Made by a program: the position numbers and the translations under genes. The notes below the pieces were generated by a model that did not search any database, was not told the DNA's origin, and saw nothing but the letters and a program-made list of their open reading frames with translations. A stretch of DNA of 64,000 bases from Callorhinchus milii (Eukaryota), in assembly GCF_018977255.1 (NCBI RefSeq), contig NW_024704742.1, positions 125,862,001 to 125,926,000 on the forward strand. Reading direction: 5' to 3'. This document shows positions 11,020-23,453 of the stretch, piece after piece. Position 1 is the stretch's first letter. Every line of letters starts with the position of its first letter.

Positions 11020-12279
11020 TAGTTAATTGGGTTTCTGCCACCTTCTGCCAAGAAGTAGCTTACAGTACAAATGATCACTTGAAACTGTACCAGTTTGAGG
11101 TCATGGTTAAGAAAAGGAAATAAAATGAAGTACTATGGTTCATGCGTTATATTGATCCTATTCTGTTTCTTTTTCAACCAAACAGTACAGCTACTCCGAT
11201 TAAAGGATGCATTTAAGTTGACCTGGAATAGAATTTCATTAGGGGGAAATAGTGCCTCGCTTTATAACAGTAAAAATCTATTGTGTGGATTCTGGTTACA
11301 ATATTCAGAAAGTAAAGTATAGTAGAATGTCACAGTTTAATTATTATTTCAGCATATCTGCAGGTAAAAGAATAGAATTTTTCATACAAGAGTCAATAAC
11401 AACCTAAATGTATTGGAATGGCCCGTGGTGGAGACTGTAAAGTCACATTGACAGCTTTTCCATCTCATGGAAACGAATAAGACTTCACCATTTCTGACAT
11501 TGAATTGTAGATAGTTACAGTCTGAATGGCAAGATTCACAAAAGAATTTGTAAATAGAAAATTCTGCATGTGTCGTAGTTGACCTTCCTGTGTAAAATGA
11601 ATACAGTGTTTCTGGGAAGGAGAAAGATAATTTAACAAAACAAAGTGCCTTTTATCTCTTAATGTTATTGAATTGAGAATTCGGAAAGAGAATTCAGTTC
11701 TGTGAAATCTGAGGATCTACTGTGACCTATCCAGGATAAGCCTTGAAAATTTGACTTGATAATGAAACTACTTAACAATAAAATTGGTCATTCAGTTCAT
11801 GGCTATTTGTCGGACATTGCTGTGTGCGCAAATTGGCTGCTGCGTTCACCTACAAAAGACACAGTCATGACATTTTACAGTAAATCCTATGAGACAACTC
11901 GACAATGTGATAAGATGCTGTATCAAATGCAAGGATTATATTTATCCTCCACCTCGCAAAACCTTTTCTCCAGCCTAATTGTTCTATTGAAGAATCCAAG
12001 ACAAGGCATTTAGCCTATCTTCTTCTATCACATGCTGGTTGATCTCCTGCTGTGCATTTCCAGCATTTTCTTTTTTTTAAAGCACAGAGAAATGGATCAC
12101 TGAATGAATCAGTGCCAATGTCATAAAACTACCTTCAGAAAGAATGAAAATTATCGACAAAGTAATAGTTCACAGCCACATTCAGATCGATATGCCAATG
12201 TATCCTAGTGCCTACATTGCATTTCTGCAGACAGCACAAAGCACTGAACTAAGTGGTCAGGGGAACAACAAATGTAAAC

Positions 12280-13810
12280 ATCTATACTGCAACCCCAGGC
12301 TTCATGCCTGTACAGCTCGAGGAGGGCGTGGAGGGAGAGGTTAGTGACAATGCAGTCCAGAGCTTTGAGGACGGAAGTGATCTGTGCTCGAGTGTCTGGA
12401 TTTTATTTTTGAGGGAGCAGAGGTGACTGTTGTACCAGAGGGAGCAGGTAGATTTGGAGATAGGGGATTTCAGCAAGGCAAGGCAGTTGAGGGTTGAAAA
12501 GAGGTGATCATTTAGCAGCTTGATGGCTGCATCAGGATTGCTGTGGGTGGAAGACCAGAGGAAAAAGAGATCCAAGGAGGAGAGGGCGTTTGGGAGGGAT
12601 TTGGGGGAATCCTTTTTTCAAGGTCAGAAAAAGACGGTGGAGGGCTTGGAAGAGGAGAGGGAGATGATGGAGGAGAGGGAGATGAGGAAATAGTCTGAGA
12701 GAGCCTGGTCTGTGATGGACAGATGGGAGATGTCAAGGCCCAGAATGATAACAAGGTTGAGGGGATGGCCATGGTTGTGGGTTGGAGAGTTTAATAATAA
12801 TAATAATAATAATCCTTGCATTTGATATAGTGCTTTTCATGTCCTAAAGCGCTTCACAGAATATACTTAAAGTAAATTGACTGTTTAATTGTGGGCGAAC
12901 GCAGCAGCCAATTGCGCACAGCAGTGTCCCATAAACAGTCGTAGATTGAAAATGACCAATTTTTCTTTTTTTTTTCTTTTGGAGGCATGTGGAGTAAGGA
13001 AACTTGCCCAAGGTTTCGCCCTCTGCCTAGAATTGAACTCAGGTCTCTCGCTTGCAAAGTGAGTGCTCTAACCACTGAGCTACAGGACTCCTTTTTATGT
13101 GGAGTTTATGTGGAGAGTGAGGTTTAGGTGGAGAGGAGGGTAATGAAGTCAGAGGAGATGGGGAAAGGGTAGCTTAGGTGGAGGATAAAATCATCCATTA
13201 TGACCAGGTGTTCAGTGCAGAGGTAGAGGGAAGAGAGGAGCAAGGAGATGTCGAGAATGGAGGAACCAGGCGGTTTGGAAGGAGGATTTTGAAGAAGGAG
13301 GGATGGTACCAGGTTAAATGTTCAAAAGAGGAGAAGGAGTCCGAGGAATAGAGGAATAGAACAAGGGAAGTTTGGTAGATGAGGGCCACCATGCCACCGC
13401 ATGAAATTGGGCAAAGTGTGGCAAAAGGTGTAGTCGGGGGGGAGGCTTCGATCGAGGGACAGGGTCACTGGGGACAGCCAGGTTTCAGTGAGCCTAAGAA
13501 TATCAATGTGCCTGGTGGAGAATGCTCTAGCTGGAACAAAAGGAGGCAGTGAGATGGGGTCCAGGAGAGAGAGAAGGCAAGGAGGGCATTGGGAGAGAAG
13601 GACTGATTGGGAGTAGCAGAGTGTGGGGAGTAGGGGGGAGGAGCATTTTCGGGGGGAGCAGGGCGGCCAAAACAAGCAAGCGGAGACTGGGCGTATGGCG
13701 TTCAGTGGGACATGGTCAGCCCACAGGCATGGTGGGGGCTAGGGGAGGCAGGGGAGTAAAGGCACAAGTTTGGGAAGAGGTTTCGCTCAAGGTCTCCGCT
13801 CTGGTCGCCC
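12280..13810 (-). mobile_element. L2 LINE 5' portion with decayed APE endonuclease domain
   Basis: frameshifted pieces DILRLTETWLS, PTHNHGHPLNLVI, SDYFLI match APE motifs of L2/CR1 ORF2. Confidence 0.85.
12793..13091 (-). mobile_element. family A SINE, short form, nested in L2
   Basis: complete head (ctaaccactgagctacaggactcc) and (AAT)n tail. Confidence 0.92.
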
Positions 13811-13837
13811 TGACCTTGCCACTCGCTTGCTCGTATC

Positions 13838-14240
13838 TAAGCCTGACTCAGTTGGTAGCACTCTCACCTCCGAGTCTGAAGTCTATGGGTTCAAAACTTT
13901 TGTCGGGACTTTGAGCTTATAGTCTAGGCTGACTCCAATTCAATGCTATTGGAGCTGCAGATCTTTGAACGAGATTATGTCTACCTGTTCAAGTGGATGT
14001 CAAAGATCTTAACGCCCTATTCAAAATAGAAGGGAGTTTCTCTCCAGGTCAACAATTCCCCCACATAAAATTGGTCACTCACTTAATGAGTACAAATGAA
14101 CATTATTATGCACAAATTGGCTGTGATATTCACCTACAAAATACACAGTCACTGCACTTTACAGTAAGATCCTGTAAAGTGCTTTGAGATGACTTCCCAA
14201 TGTGAAAGATGCTGTATCAAAAGCCAGGATATTTACTTAT
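13838..14240 (+). mobile_element. SacSINE1-like Deu-SINE
   Basis: gcctgactcagttggtagcactctcacctccgagtc...gggttcaaa, ctaggctgac, Deu domain and tail. Confidence 0.75.
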
Positions 14241-14735
14241 TTATAATGGGAGGATGGTAAGGAGGGTGTATGGGAAGGATGAGATCAAATAGGCTGCAGG
14301 GCTTTCCTCAGCTTCAGAAATTTCTTTTGAAAAACCGTAAATAGTGATATTTTGACCTTGAAGCTATTGCCAAAAACATTGAGAAGGCTGTGCTGCAAGC
14401 TTATGGAGACTAATAAAGATGAAGTGTCTGTCTTGTCAGTGTACCTGACAATCACGCAATAATTGATTGATGTAGAGACATGATTTATATCTCATTGGAA
14501 AGGTCTTGCAACTGGCAGTGTCATGGGTGTATTTTTTGGGGGGATCTTCCATTATTGATGAGCTATATTAAAAAATACTTTAATTAAGCCCCAAAATATG
14601 AGGTATGCATCGTATTCTGCAACTATGTAGCGACAGAGGAAAGCACACATTGTCCAGAGAGATACATCTATATTCTGCAACAAATGTATGACACTTTTTT
14701 CTGGTTGCCATGGGAGCTGGAGACCTCTCATTTTT

Positions 14736-15168
14736 GACAGACAGAGAAAGAGACTGAAAGAGAGACAGAGGGAGAGAGAAACTGAGATAGTGAGAGAGAC
14801 TGAGAGAGCCAGAGAGAGAGAGACTGGTAGAGAGAATATATTATAAAGTGTAGTGACTGTGTGTTTTGTGGGAGAGACAGAGAAAGACTGATAGAGAGAC
14901 AGACTGAGAGAGAGACAGAGAAAGATACTGAGAGAGAGAGAGCGAGACTGAGACAGAGAGAGACTGAGATAGAAACAGAGAGAGAGAGAGAGAGAGACTG
15001 AGGTAGTGAGAGAGACTGAGAGAGAGACTGAGATAGAAGAAGTTGTGGGGGAGAGACTAGGAGAGAGACTGAGAGAGGGGGACTGAGGGAGATACTGAGA
15101 AAGAGAGAGACTGAGAGAGACACAGAAAAAGAGAGACAGAGAAAGAGACAGAGAGAGTGAGAGAGAAA
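14736..15168 (+). repeat. compound (GA)n/GAGACT microsatellite
   Basis: long AG-rich tract with recurring gagactgaga; 40-bp SINE-like piece at 14835-14872. Confidence 0.9.
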
Positions 15169-15320
15169 ATATATTAAAGGAGTCCTCCCACTGAGTCCTC
15201 CCAAAAGGAATCCTCCCACAGGAGTCCTCCCAGCTGAGTGTAATGTCGAAACGAAATGTCTGTCTGTGTGTCAATATTGGATCCTTTGGTTGCAAGCGAA
15301 GCTGCAACGGTACAGCTAGT
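15168..15320 (+). mobile_element. candidate non-autonomous Helitron 3' part
   Basis: hairpin GTTGC(A)AGC-GAA-GCTGCAAC at 15289-15308, 7-nt spacer, CTAG at 15316-15319 then T. Confidence 0.5.
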
Positions 15321-15955
15321 CCTCTATATGCAACCTCAAAAAGTTGATGAGAGCTGCAGAACGCATCTCAATGTAATACAAAGCTACTCAGGGCAAGAAT
15401 GCCTAGGGCAAAATCTAAAAGAATAGGAACAAAATTCCGATCCCAAAATATCTTTGTGATTCATGTAGAGGAGAAGGTGACACAGATGACCTCCAAAACA
15501 GTATATTACGGGACCTGAATGGAAATTGTCATTTTTGTCGACCCAGACATTCATAATTCTAAGAGAAGGAAGTTTGTCCCTGTGCCCTGGCCAGCAATCC
15601 CTCAAATAAAACTGGGCATTCACTTTGTGGCTGTTAGTGGGATATTGCTGAGTATAAATTGGCTGCCACATTGCCTACAAATTTTACAGACACTACAGTC
15701 TACATTAAATCCTGTAAAGCACTTTGAAACATTTTGACAATGCCTTGTGGTATTACATCAAATATGAGGATTATTTATTATATATTAGGGCTCAAAATCT
15801 GTTGATCATTGAGAATGAAGATCATTTTTGGTTATTGAAAATGAATTAATGTTAACCATTTGGCATTAAAATCACTGTCCATTGAGAATGAATGTCAATG
15901 TTAATCATTGAGAATGAAGACCTTTTGACCACTAAGAATTAAGTTATAATATTTT

Positions 15956-16265
15956 AATAATAATCCTTGTATTTGATATAGCGCTTTTCATGTCTTCTCG
16001 ACATCTCAAAGCGCTTCACAGAATAGACTGTAAAGTGAATTGACTGTATATTTGTGGGCGAAATGCGGCAGCCAATTACACACAGCAGTATCCCACAAAC
16101 AGTCGTGGATTGAAAATGACCAATTTATTATTGTTTTTGTTTTGGAGGGATTATTATTAGGTGTGTGGAGTAAGGAAACTTGCCCAAGGTTTTGCCCTGC
16201 TTGGAATTGAACCCAGGTGTCTCGCTTGCAAGGCGAGTGCTCTAACCACTGAATTAGAGGACTCC
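15956..16265 (-). mobile_element. family A SINE, full length, short form
   Basis: head, Deu-like body and (AAT)n tail all present. Confidence 0.92.
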
Positions 16266-16870
16266 ATTGTCATCATTGGTAAATAGGTCACTACAGTAAA
16301 CAACACTGTACTTCAATAAGCATCTAAAGAAAGGGAGGATCCAAATAATGGCAAACGTGCAGTACGCATTGGCGAAAAGTAAACAATTCTCTCCCATTTT
16401 GAAGTGTGTGATTGACATATACTATCAACTGAGTGACATTTACAGCAACCTCAGCAACAGATGAAAAAACCATTATTCTTCTGTCTAGCATTTCAGACAG
16501 GAACAGCAGCCTTACAAATGGCATCTGTCTCCTAGACACTAATTTTGTGCAGCTCCTGTGTAATATACTTTTTTCATTGAAAAATCTAGGTGAAAGGCCA
16601 AGGCCCATTGCCTGTTAAATGCTCCGAGATGCTACCCTGCGTGAAGGGTGTTATATATTTGGACATTAAATCCACAAATATTTGTGGGACACGTCTGCGT
16701 GTAATTAGTTGCCGCATTTTGCCCACAGTCAATCCACTTTAAAATATATTCTGCAAAGCACTTTGAGGCATCTCTATGACATGATAAGGCGCTATATCAA
16801 ATGCAAGGATTATTATTATAAATGTTATTATAAATGCAAGTTGTTGTTGGTATAAGAATAATATATAATA

Positions 16871-17177
16871 AATAATAATAATCTTGCATTTGTTATAGGA
16901 CTTCTTATATCTTCTAGACTTCTCAAAGCGCTTCATAGAATATACTGTAAAGTAAATTGACTATATCTTGTGGGCAAAAAACGGCAGACAATTGTACCCA
17001 GCAGTGTCCCACAAACAGTCGTGGATTGAAGTGACCAAATTATTATTTTTTTTCTTGAGGAATTAATCTCAGGTGTGTGGACTAAGGAAACTTGCCCAAG
17101 GTTTTGCTCTGCCGGGAATCGAACTCAGGTCTCTCGCTTGCAAGGCGAGTACTCTAACCACTGAGCTACAGGACTCC
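16871..17177 (-). mobile_element. family A SINE, full length, short form
   Basis: head with B box gggaatcgaact (reverse), body, tail; tail-to-tail with a partial plus copy at about 16665-16820. Confidence 0.9.
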
Positions 17178-17189
17178 ATATTGTAGATT

Positions 17190-17990
17190 GAAGAGAGTAT
17201 AGGAAGAGTTAAAATGATGAAAGGACATAGCTACCAGGAAAGATGAGAACAAGTTGGAGCTTTTCTCTCTAGAGATGAGACAATTAAGAGGGAACTTGGT
17301 GGTGGTGTTTAACATCATGTAAGGTTATGATAAGCTGAACATTGATAGGATGTTTCCACTTCATGGTGAGTCCAAAACAAGAGGACATAATTATAAGATA
17401 GATAATAGCAGATTTGTTGGAGTCCTCTAGCTTCGTGGCTACAGTACTCGCTTTGCAAGCTGGAGGACCTGGGTTTGATTCCCGGCAGGGCAAATCGTTG
17501 AGCAAGTTTCCTTACTCCACACACCTCTGTTTACCTAGCAGTAAGTAATAATCCGGTTGTTAGTCGATTGTCAAATCATTTTTTCGGGCGTAATAATTCC
17601 TTCAAAATAAATGTTTTAAATAATTTGGTCACTCAATACACAACTGTTTGTAGGACACTAATGTGGGCAATTGGCTGCTGGGTTTCGCCCACAAAATATA
17701 GTCAATTAACTTTACAGCATATTGTGTGACGTGCTTTGAGATATCTCAAAGATGTGAGAAAGGCTATATCAAATGCAAGGATTATTATTATTATCTAAAG
17801 GAAGTTTTGGAGGCTGCATTCCACATTCTCACTACCCTCTGATTAAATTCTTTAATATGGAACTCACTGCTGGGAGCTGTGGTTGAAGCAGAAATCATCA
17901 ATACATTTAAGAGGAACTTGCTGCGCACATGAGGGAGAAGGAAATGGAGGAATATAAGAGAGGAAATAGGCTGGGGGAGGGCTCGTGTAT
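17190..17990 (+). mobile_element. CR1-type LINE 3' fragment split by a SINE
   Basis: ttttctctctagag..ttaagagggaacttg..ggtgtttaacatcatg; resumes near 17855 with tggaactcactgc...catttaagagg. Confidence 0.6.
17419..17793 (+). mobile_element. family A SINE, long form
   Basis: head plus extra internal segment ctctgtttacctagcagtaagta...gttagtcgattg. Confidence 0.88.
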
Positions 17991-18019
17991 ATTATCGGTA
18001 GCACTTGGAAGGGCAAATC

Positions 18020-18325
18020 AGTCACTGAGTGCAGGAAATCATCCCATCAGTTCCTGTTAACCCTGCAAGCCAAAGCCCTAACGGGCAGGATGGTCCTAGC
18101 TGGATAAGCAGCAGAAAAGTTTACCAGACAGCAATATTGATGAGAAAGTATACAGTTTTAGCTGGTTAGACTCCAGTCGTATCCCAATGCCCACTCTAGT
18201 GTCCCCAAGCCTTGGCTCTTGCCAACCTGTGCTTAATACTTTCTGGAATTAGGTAAGCAGGATACATCCCTCCAAGGAGAGAGTGAGCATTCCATTCCAA
18301 CAATCTACTGCATGTACTGAAGGAC
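18020..18325. repeat. unclassified old dispersed repeat, copy 1
   Basis: colinear similarity with 51012-51245. Confidence 0.55.
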
Positions 18326-18612
18326 ACATGCTCTATACTTTGCAGCATTTTTTACAATGTCCATTGTAATTAAAAATATTCTGGTATTTCTTGGAGCTTT
18401 CACTGTGTAAATTGGATATGACTACCTATAAGATTCATAATATTCATAGACTTGATAAAATTTAAAGTGGGCCGATCCCTGCTCATTATGTAAACACTGA
18501 AACACACCAGTAGCCATATAATAACAGCCTATATTCATGATTTTTATCTCAGCTGTTGAAATATTTCTCCAATACACAGTGAAATATTAATTTTGATAGA
18601 ACAAAGCCACTT

Positions 18613-18790
18613 GAACATAAGAACATAAGAATTAGGAGCAGGAATAGGCCATTCGGCCCCTCAAGCCTGCCCCGCCATTCAATAAGATTATGGCTGATCT
18701 TCAGACCTAACTCTAATTACCTGCCCTATTCCCATATCCCCTAATCCCTCTGTTTTTTTAAAAATCTATCAGTCTCAGCCTTGAATCCAT
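18613..18790 (-). mobile_element. CR1-type LINE 3' end
   Basis: aacataagaacataagaattaggagcaggaataggccattcggcccctc. Confidence 0.85.
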
Positions 18791-18831
18791 TTTAATAGTA
18801 TTTAATTCAGTTACGGGGTGTATCGTTTGTA

Positions 18832-19270
18832 TCTGCCTTGTTCAATTAGTAGCACTCTTGCCTCTGAGTCAGAATAACAACAATACAAAATACAGTGGCT
18901 TTTATGCAGTGTGGCATCTTAGAGTGCTTAAAGTCTGTGGTTCAATGCCTAAATCAGGGCTTTGAACTCATATAGTCTAGGTTGACACCAGTGCAGTGCT
19001 GGGAGAGATGCTGTTCTTTAGATGAGACATAAAGCCAAGAACCGTATGACTATTCATGTGGAAGTTAAAGATCCCATGGCGATATTTCAAAAGAGAAGGG
19101 AGTTTCTTTCGGTGTACCGGCCAACAATCAAATAAAACTGTACATTCAGTTCATAATAATAATAATAGATGATTATGGGACATTGCGGTGCAGAAATTGA
19201 CTGTCAGGTTCGCCAGTGCTTTGAGACATCTTCCCAATCAAATGCATTATATCAAATGTAAGGATTTACA
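18832..19270 (+). mobile_element. SacSINE1-like Deu-SINE
   Basis: gtagcactcttgcctctgagtcagaa, gatgagacataaagcc, gttaaagatcccatggc. Confidence 0.7.
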
Positions 19271-19671
19271 AAAAAATTGCAAAACAATAGATGTCTGGCA
19301 ATGAGCTATAATCTATCAACTATCTTGTGAGAGTGGTGCAATAGATATATACACCTCAGCAGAACTGTTCAATCTATTTGTAGCCATAAACTTACTACCA
19401 GGTGTATAGGCATTAGTTACCCTTTATCACATGTGGTGAATTGTTTGTTTAACCATAATTAATAATTATAATGAAGAATAATATAGAATGAATAATGATA
19501 ATAATACTCATTTGTAATGGATAATTATAATTAATAATTACAATTATTATTATAATTTATAATTATAATGAGAACTATGGTTGTGGGACTGCCCAGCGGA
19601 ATGCATTAACACTGGGGCTAGTATTTCAATCTACCACAGACCGAGGAGCTGGAATGTCCACTGATTGTAAA

Positions 19672-19986
19672 AAATAATAATAATAATCTTTGCATTTGAT
19701 ACACAGCCTTATCACATTGTTGAGATGTCTCAAAGGCTTCACAAAATATACTGTAAAGTGTAGTGACTGTGTGTTTTGTGGGTGAAACATGGCAGTCAAT
19801 TGCGCACAGCAGTGTTGCACAAACAGTTGTGAATTGAATGACCAAATTATTAGTTTTTTTTGGAGCGATTATTACCCCCAGAAAGCATCCGCCAATCAAC
19901 TAACAACTGGGTTCCTACTTACTGCCAGCTAAACAGAGGCACACGCGTATCTGTGGAGTAAGGAAACTTGAATAAGGTTTCGCCCT
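19672..19986 (-). mobile_element. family A SINE, long form, head missing
   Basis: tail, Deu-like body, internal segment, gtggagtaaggaaacttg. Confidence 0.85.
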
Positions 19987-20078
19987 AAGTTTGGGCTGCA
20001 GCATCAAAGCTATTAGTGGGCATTAGCTCATAGCGCAAACTGCCCTTAATTTAGTACTAACTTGGCAATGCTGTTCCT

Positions 20079-21882
20079 AACAACAACAACAAAATTACAT
20101 TTGTTTAGTGTCTTTCAGAATGGGAGGACATCCCAAGGCATTGGACAGACAGAGTTATGGACCCGAGCCGAGGGTCGGGTGGGGGAGGTTGGAGGGCAGG
20201 GGGGAAGCAGGGAGATCAAAATCACGGTTGAAGAGAAAGGTCTTGAGGTGGGTCTTGAAGGTGGCAAGGGAGGGGACGAAATGGAGGGATAGAGTTCCAG
20301 AGGGTGGGTGTAGAGTGGCGGAAGGCCCGTCTGCCAATAGTGGGATGAGCAAGGCGGGAGGTATGAAGCAGGCCGGAGCCCGCTGAGCGGTGGGAGCAAA
20401 CAGGGTGTTAGGGGTTTAGGAGGTCGGAGAGGTAGCAAGGAGCAAGACCATGGAGGGCTTTGAAGGTGAGGACCAGCATCTTGAACTGTATCCTCTGTGT
20501 GATGAGAAGCCAGTGGAGTTGGGCAAGGGTGGGGATGATGAGCCTTGATGTAATGAAGGCGTGTATGAGGCAGTGTCGGAGCCGGGCGATTTGTGGAGGT
20601 GGGGGAAGGCAGAGCAGGCACAGATGTGAGGTAGAAAGGATAGTTGAGGGTCAAACAAGAACCTAAGGTTCTGGACTGGCTTAGCAAGGTGGAGTGTGCA
20701 ACCATGGATAGTGATGCTGTTAGTGCCTGAGGTGTGGAGGTGCTGATGGGAGCCAATCAGGAGAACCTCGATCATGTTGACGTTCAACTGAAGAAAGTTA
20801 GCTCTCATCCAGGACTTGATGTCTGACAGACATTCTGTCAGCACAGCAGTGGTCCTGGAGTCAAGGGTGGAGGCAGAGAGGTAGGGTGTCATGCACATAC
20901 ATGTTAAAGTTGACCCCATGTCTGCGGGTGATGTCACTAAGAGGGAGCATATAGGTATTGAAGAGGAAGGGACCAAGGACAAAGCCCTGAGGAACGCTAC
21001 ACAAGATGGTCCAGGGGCAAGAGGAGAAGCCGTTTGAGGAGATGAAGTGCAGGCGGTGTGAGAGCTATGATCTGAACCAATCAAGGACAGTGGCGTGGAG
21101 GTTGAGGTGAGAGGAGAGGCGGTGGATGAGGATAGAGTGGTCGACGGTGTCGAAAGCAGAGAGGTCAAGGAGGACGAGGAGGCAGAGGGAGCCCTGGTCG
21201 CAGTTGGACAGAATGTCATTTGTCACTTTGACCACAGCTGTTTCTGTGCTGTGGGAGGCATGAAAACCCGATTGGAGGTGTTCGAGAAAGGAGTGGCGGG
21301 AGAGGAAGGAGCGAAGCTGAGAAGCAATAACTCATTCCAGGACCTTGAAGAGGAAGGGGAGGTTGGAGATGGGGTGGTAGATAGGGAGTAGAGAAGGGTG
21401 AAGGGAGGGTTTTTTAAGGATAGGAGTGATGACAGCCGTTTTTAAAGGGGTGGGAACAGTACCAGAGGACAGGGAGAGGTTAACAATGTCAGTGAGTAGA
21501 GGGGCAAGGAGGTGGAACTGGGAGGTAAGAAGAGGGGAAGGGATGGGGTTGAGGGAGCAGGTAGTGGGTTTCATATGAGTTATGGGGGTGATGAGAGAAG
21601 AGGGGGAGACAGGTTCAAAGGTGTGGAGGGAAGGGTGCATAGGTGCTGGGGTGGGAGGAGAAGATATGGAGGGGGTAGCAGTTTCAGTGGCAAAGGCAGC
21701 TGAGTGCATTCCCTCGACTTTGGATTTGAGGAAGTCCAACATCGCCTCACAGTTGGCATCCAGAACTTGATGTCTGACAGACATTCTGTCAGCACAGCAG
21801 TGGTCCTGGATTCAAGGGTGGAATTAGAGAGATAGACTTGGATATCATCTGCATATATGTGGAAGTTGACCCCATGTCTGGG
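20079..21882 (-). mobile_element. L2 LINE, 5'-truncated, RT region to (GTT)n tail
   Basis: frameshifted [49 protein letters not shown] piece; (AAC)n at 20079. Confidence 0.92.
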
Positions 21883-22459
21883 AATTTCCGAAGAATACTC
21901 CCTCATAGGGGAAGAAAGTGGAAAATGACATGTTGGTGAATGAGATAATATTCTTCGGAAGTTCGGGGTTTAGGACTATTATTACGTCAGAGTAAATGGA
22001 GATTTGTTCTGCATTTGCCCGTTACTCACAATACATGGCCTGTGAGTGCTTAATGCGCACATGACTGACAAAGCGGAAATAATGTTTGATTTTCCAGCAC
22101 TGACACTTCACCTTGATGAGCACTTAAATTCATCTTACAAAGCAATTATAATAAATATTATGGAATGACTACAAAGCAGTAATCTCACTGATGGGTTCAG
22201 GTTATATCATATGACAAACAATCAAAGATCAAGAGGATCATGACTAAACCACGAGAGATTACAACCTTCACAGTTCTTCCATTTACTCCTTACATCTATT
22301 GTGATGCTGAGAGGAGCAGGTTTTTTAAGACAACATTGTATGGAGAATTTTCTGCTTAGGAAAATGAGGGGATAGACTTCTAGCCTCAAAGCCAACCTCT
22401 CAAGAGCACTTCCTGCTTCACCAGGATGTAATTTCTCCTAAATCAAAAACCCTGAGGTC

Positions 22460-22750
22460 TTAGAGCGAGATTGCGGACAAAGTGGTGCATTCGGAGTAGT
22501 TTGGGGTGGTAGGTTCAGAGAGTTGAGCTATAATGGCTGAAAGCTCAGCCACTGAGGTGGGGTAATAAGGTGAGAGATATGCGGCTTTGGGAAGTGGAGG
22601 GAGTGGGCAGTAGAGCGGGGGTGGAAGAGATTGCATAGACAGCGGAGGGATTTGAACGTCAATACAAGAATCGTGAAGGAAGTGCACTGGGAGATAGGAG
22701 ACAGTGAAACCTAATGAGGATGAGTCCTCTGTTCTTCGCCAGAGGACAAA
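22460..22750 (-). mobile_element. old L2/CR1 endonuclease-region fragment
   Basis: purine-rich plus strand resembling the APE region at 13200-13500. Confidence 0.45.
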
Positions 22751-23453
22751 AAGCATCAGTGACTTTTTCCCAATGAAAAACACCCCCAAAATTAAATTCC
22801 TTTATTATCAGTTTTATTTCATTTTACAATCTATCGTTCATCCACAAAAGGTACAGTCACTTCACTATACAGTATGTCTTGTGAAATACTTTGGGATGTC
22901 CTTGCAATATGAAAGGCACTGTATCAAATGTAACGAGTATTAATATTATTATTATTATTTATCTAGCAAAACATAATACGTCTTAAAAGGTAAAAATAAC
23001 ATATTGCTTTTGATAGCTTTATTTAAATGTTAGTATGTTGCTGACCAACATTTGGTTGGCGTCACATGATCTTATGGTAGCTCGGAAACTATAGGTACCC
23101 ATGAAGGAATGTAAGTAAAAATGTAAATACTTGGATGATAAATCCCTTACTGAAAGATGCCTTTGCTTCCAATGCAGACTATTTAAATGGATCAAATGAG
23201 TGTTTATTCTGATAATCAACATGATGGGTTTAGTAATCAACAAGGCTGCTCTACATCAAACCATCATACCTTAAATGTACCTGAATAGCAAGATAGTTCT
23301 ACTCCTCTTAATTTTCTGTGACTTAGTTTTCAGACCACAAAGGTGTGACAAAGGATCCACTAACAACTAAAACTTTGTTCTAAATGAGACTGTTTGTAGA
23401 TTGTGTATTTTTTTAGCTCAAGCTCTTCATAAACATATTGGGCTGAATTTTCT

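Noticed and set aside
14552..15307. 251-aa and 163-aa SL-rich ORFs
   Set aside because: Translations of the (CT)n strand of a microsatellite
19445..19570. AT-rich taattata low-complexity tract
   Set aside because: Simple degenerate microsatellite; same for 42858-42897 and poly-C at 41560-41576
20115..21906. Several 100-267 aa ORFs as a possible gene
   Set aside because: Frameshifted L2 ORF2 pieces and shadow frames; no continuous RT
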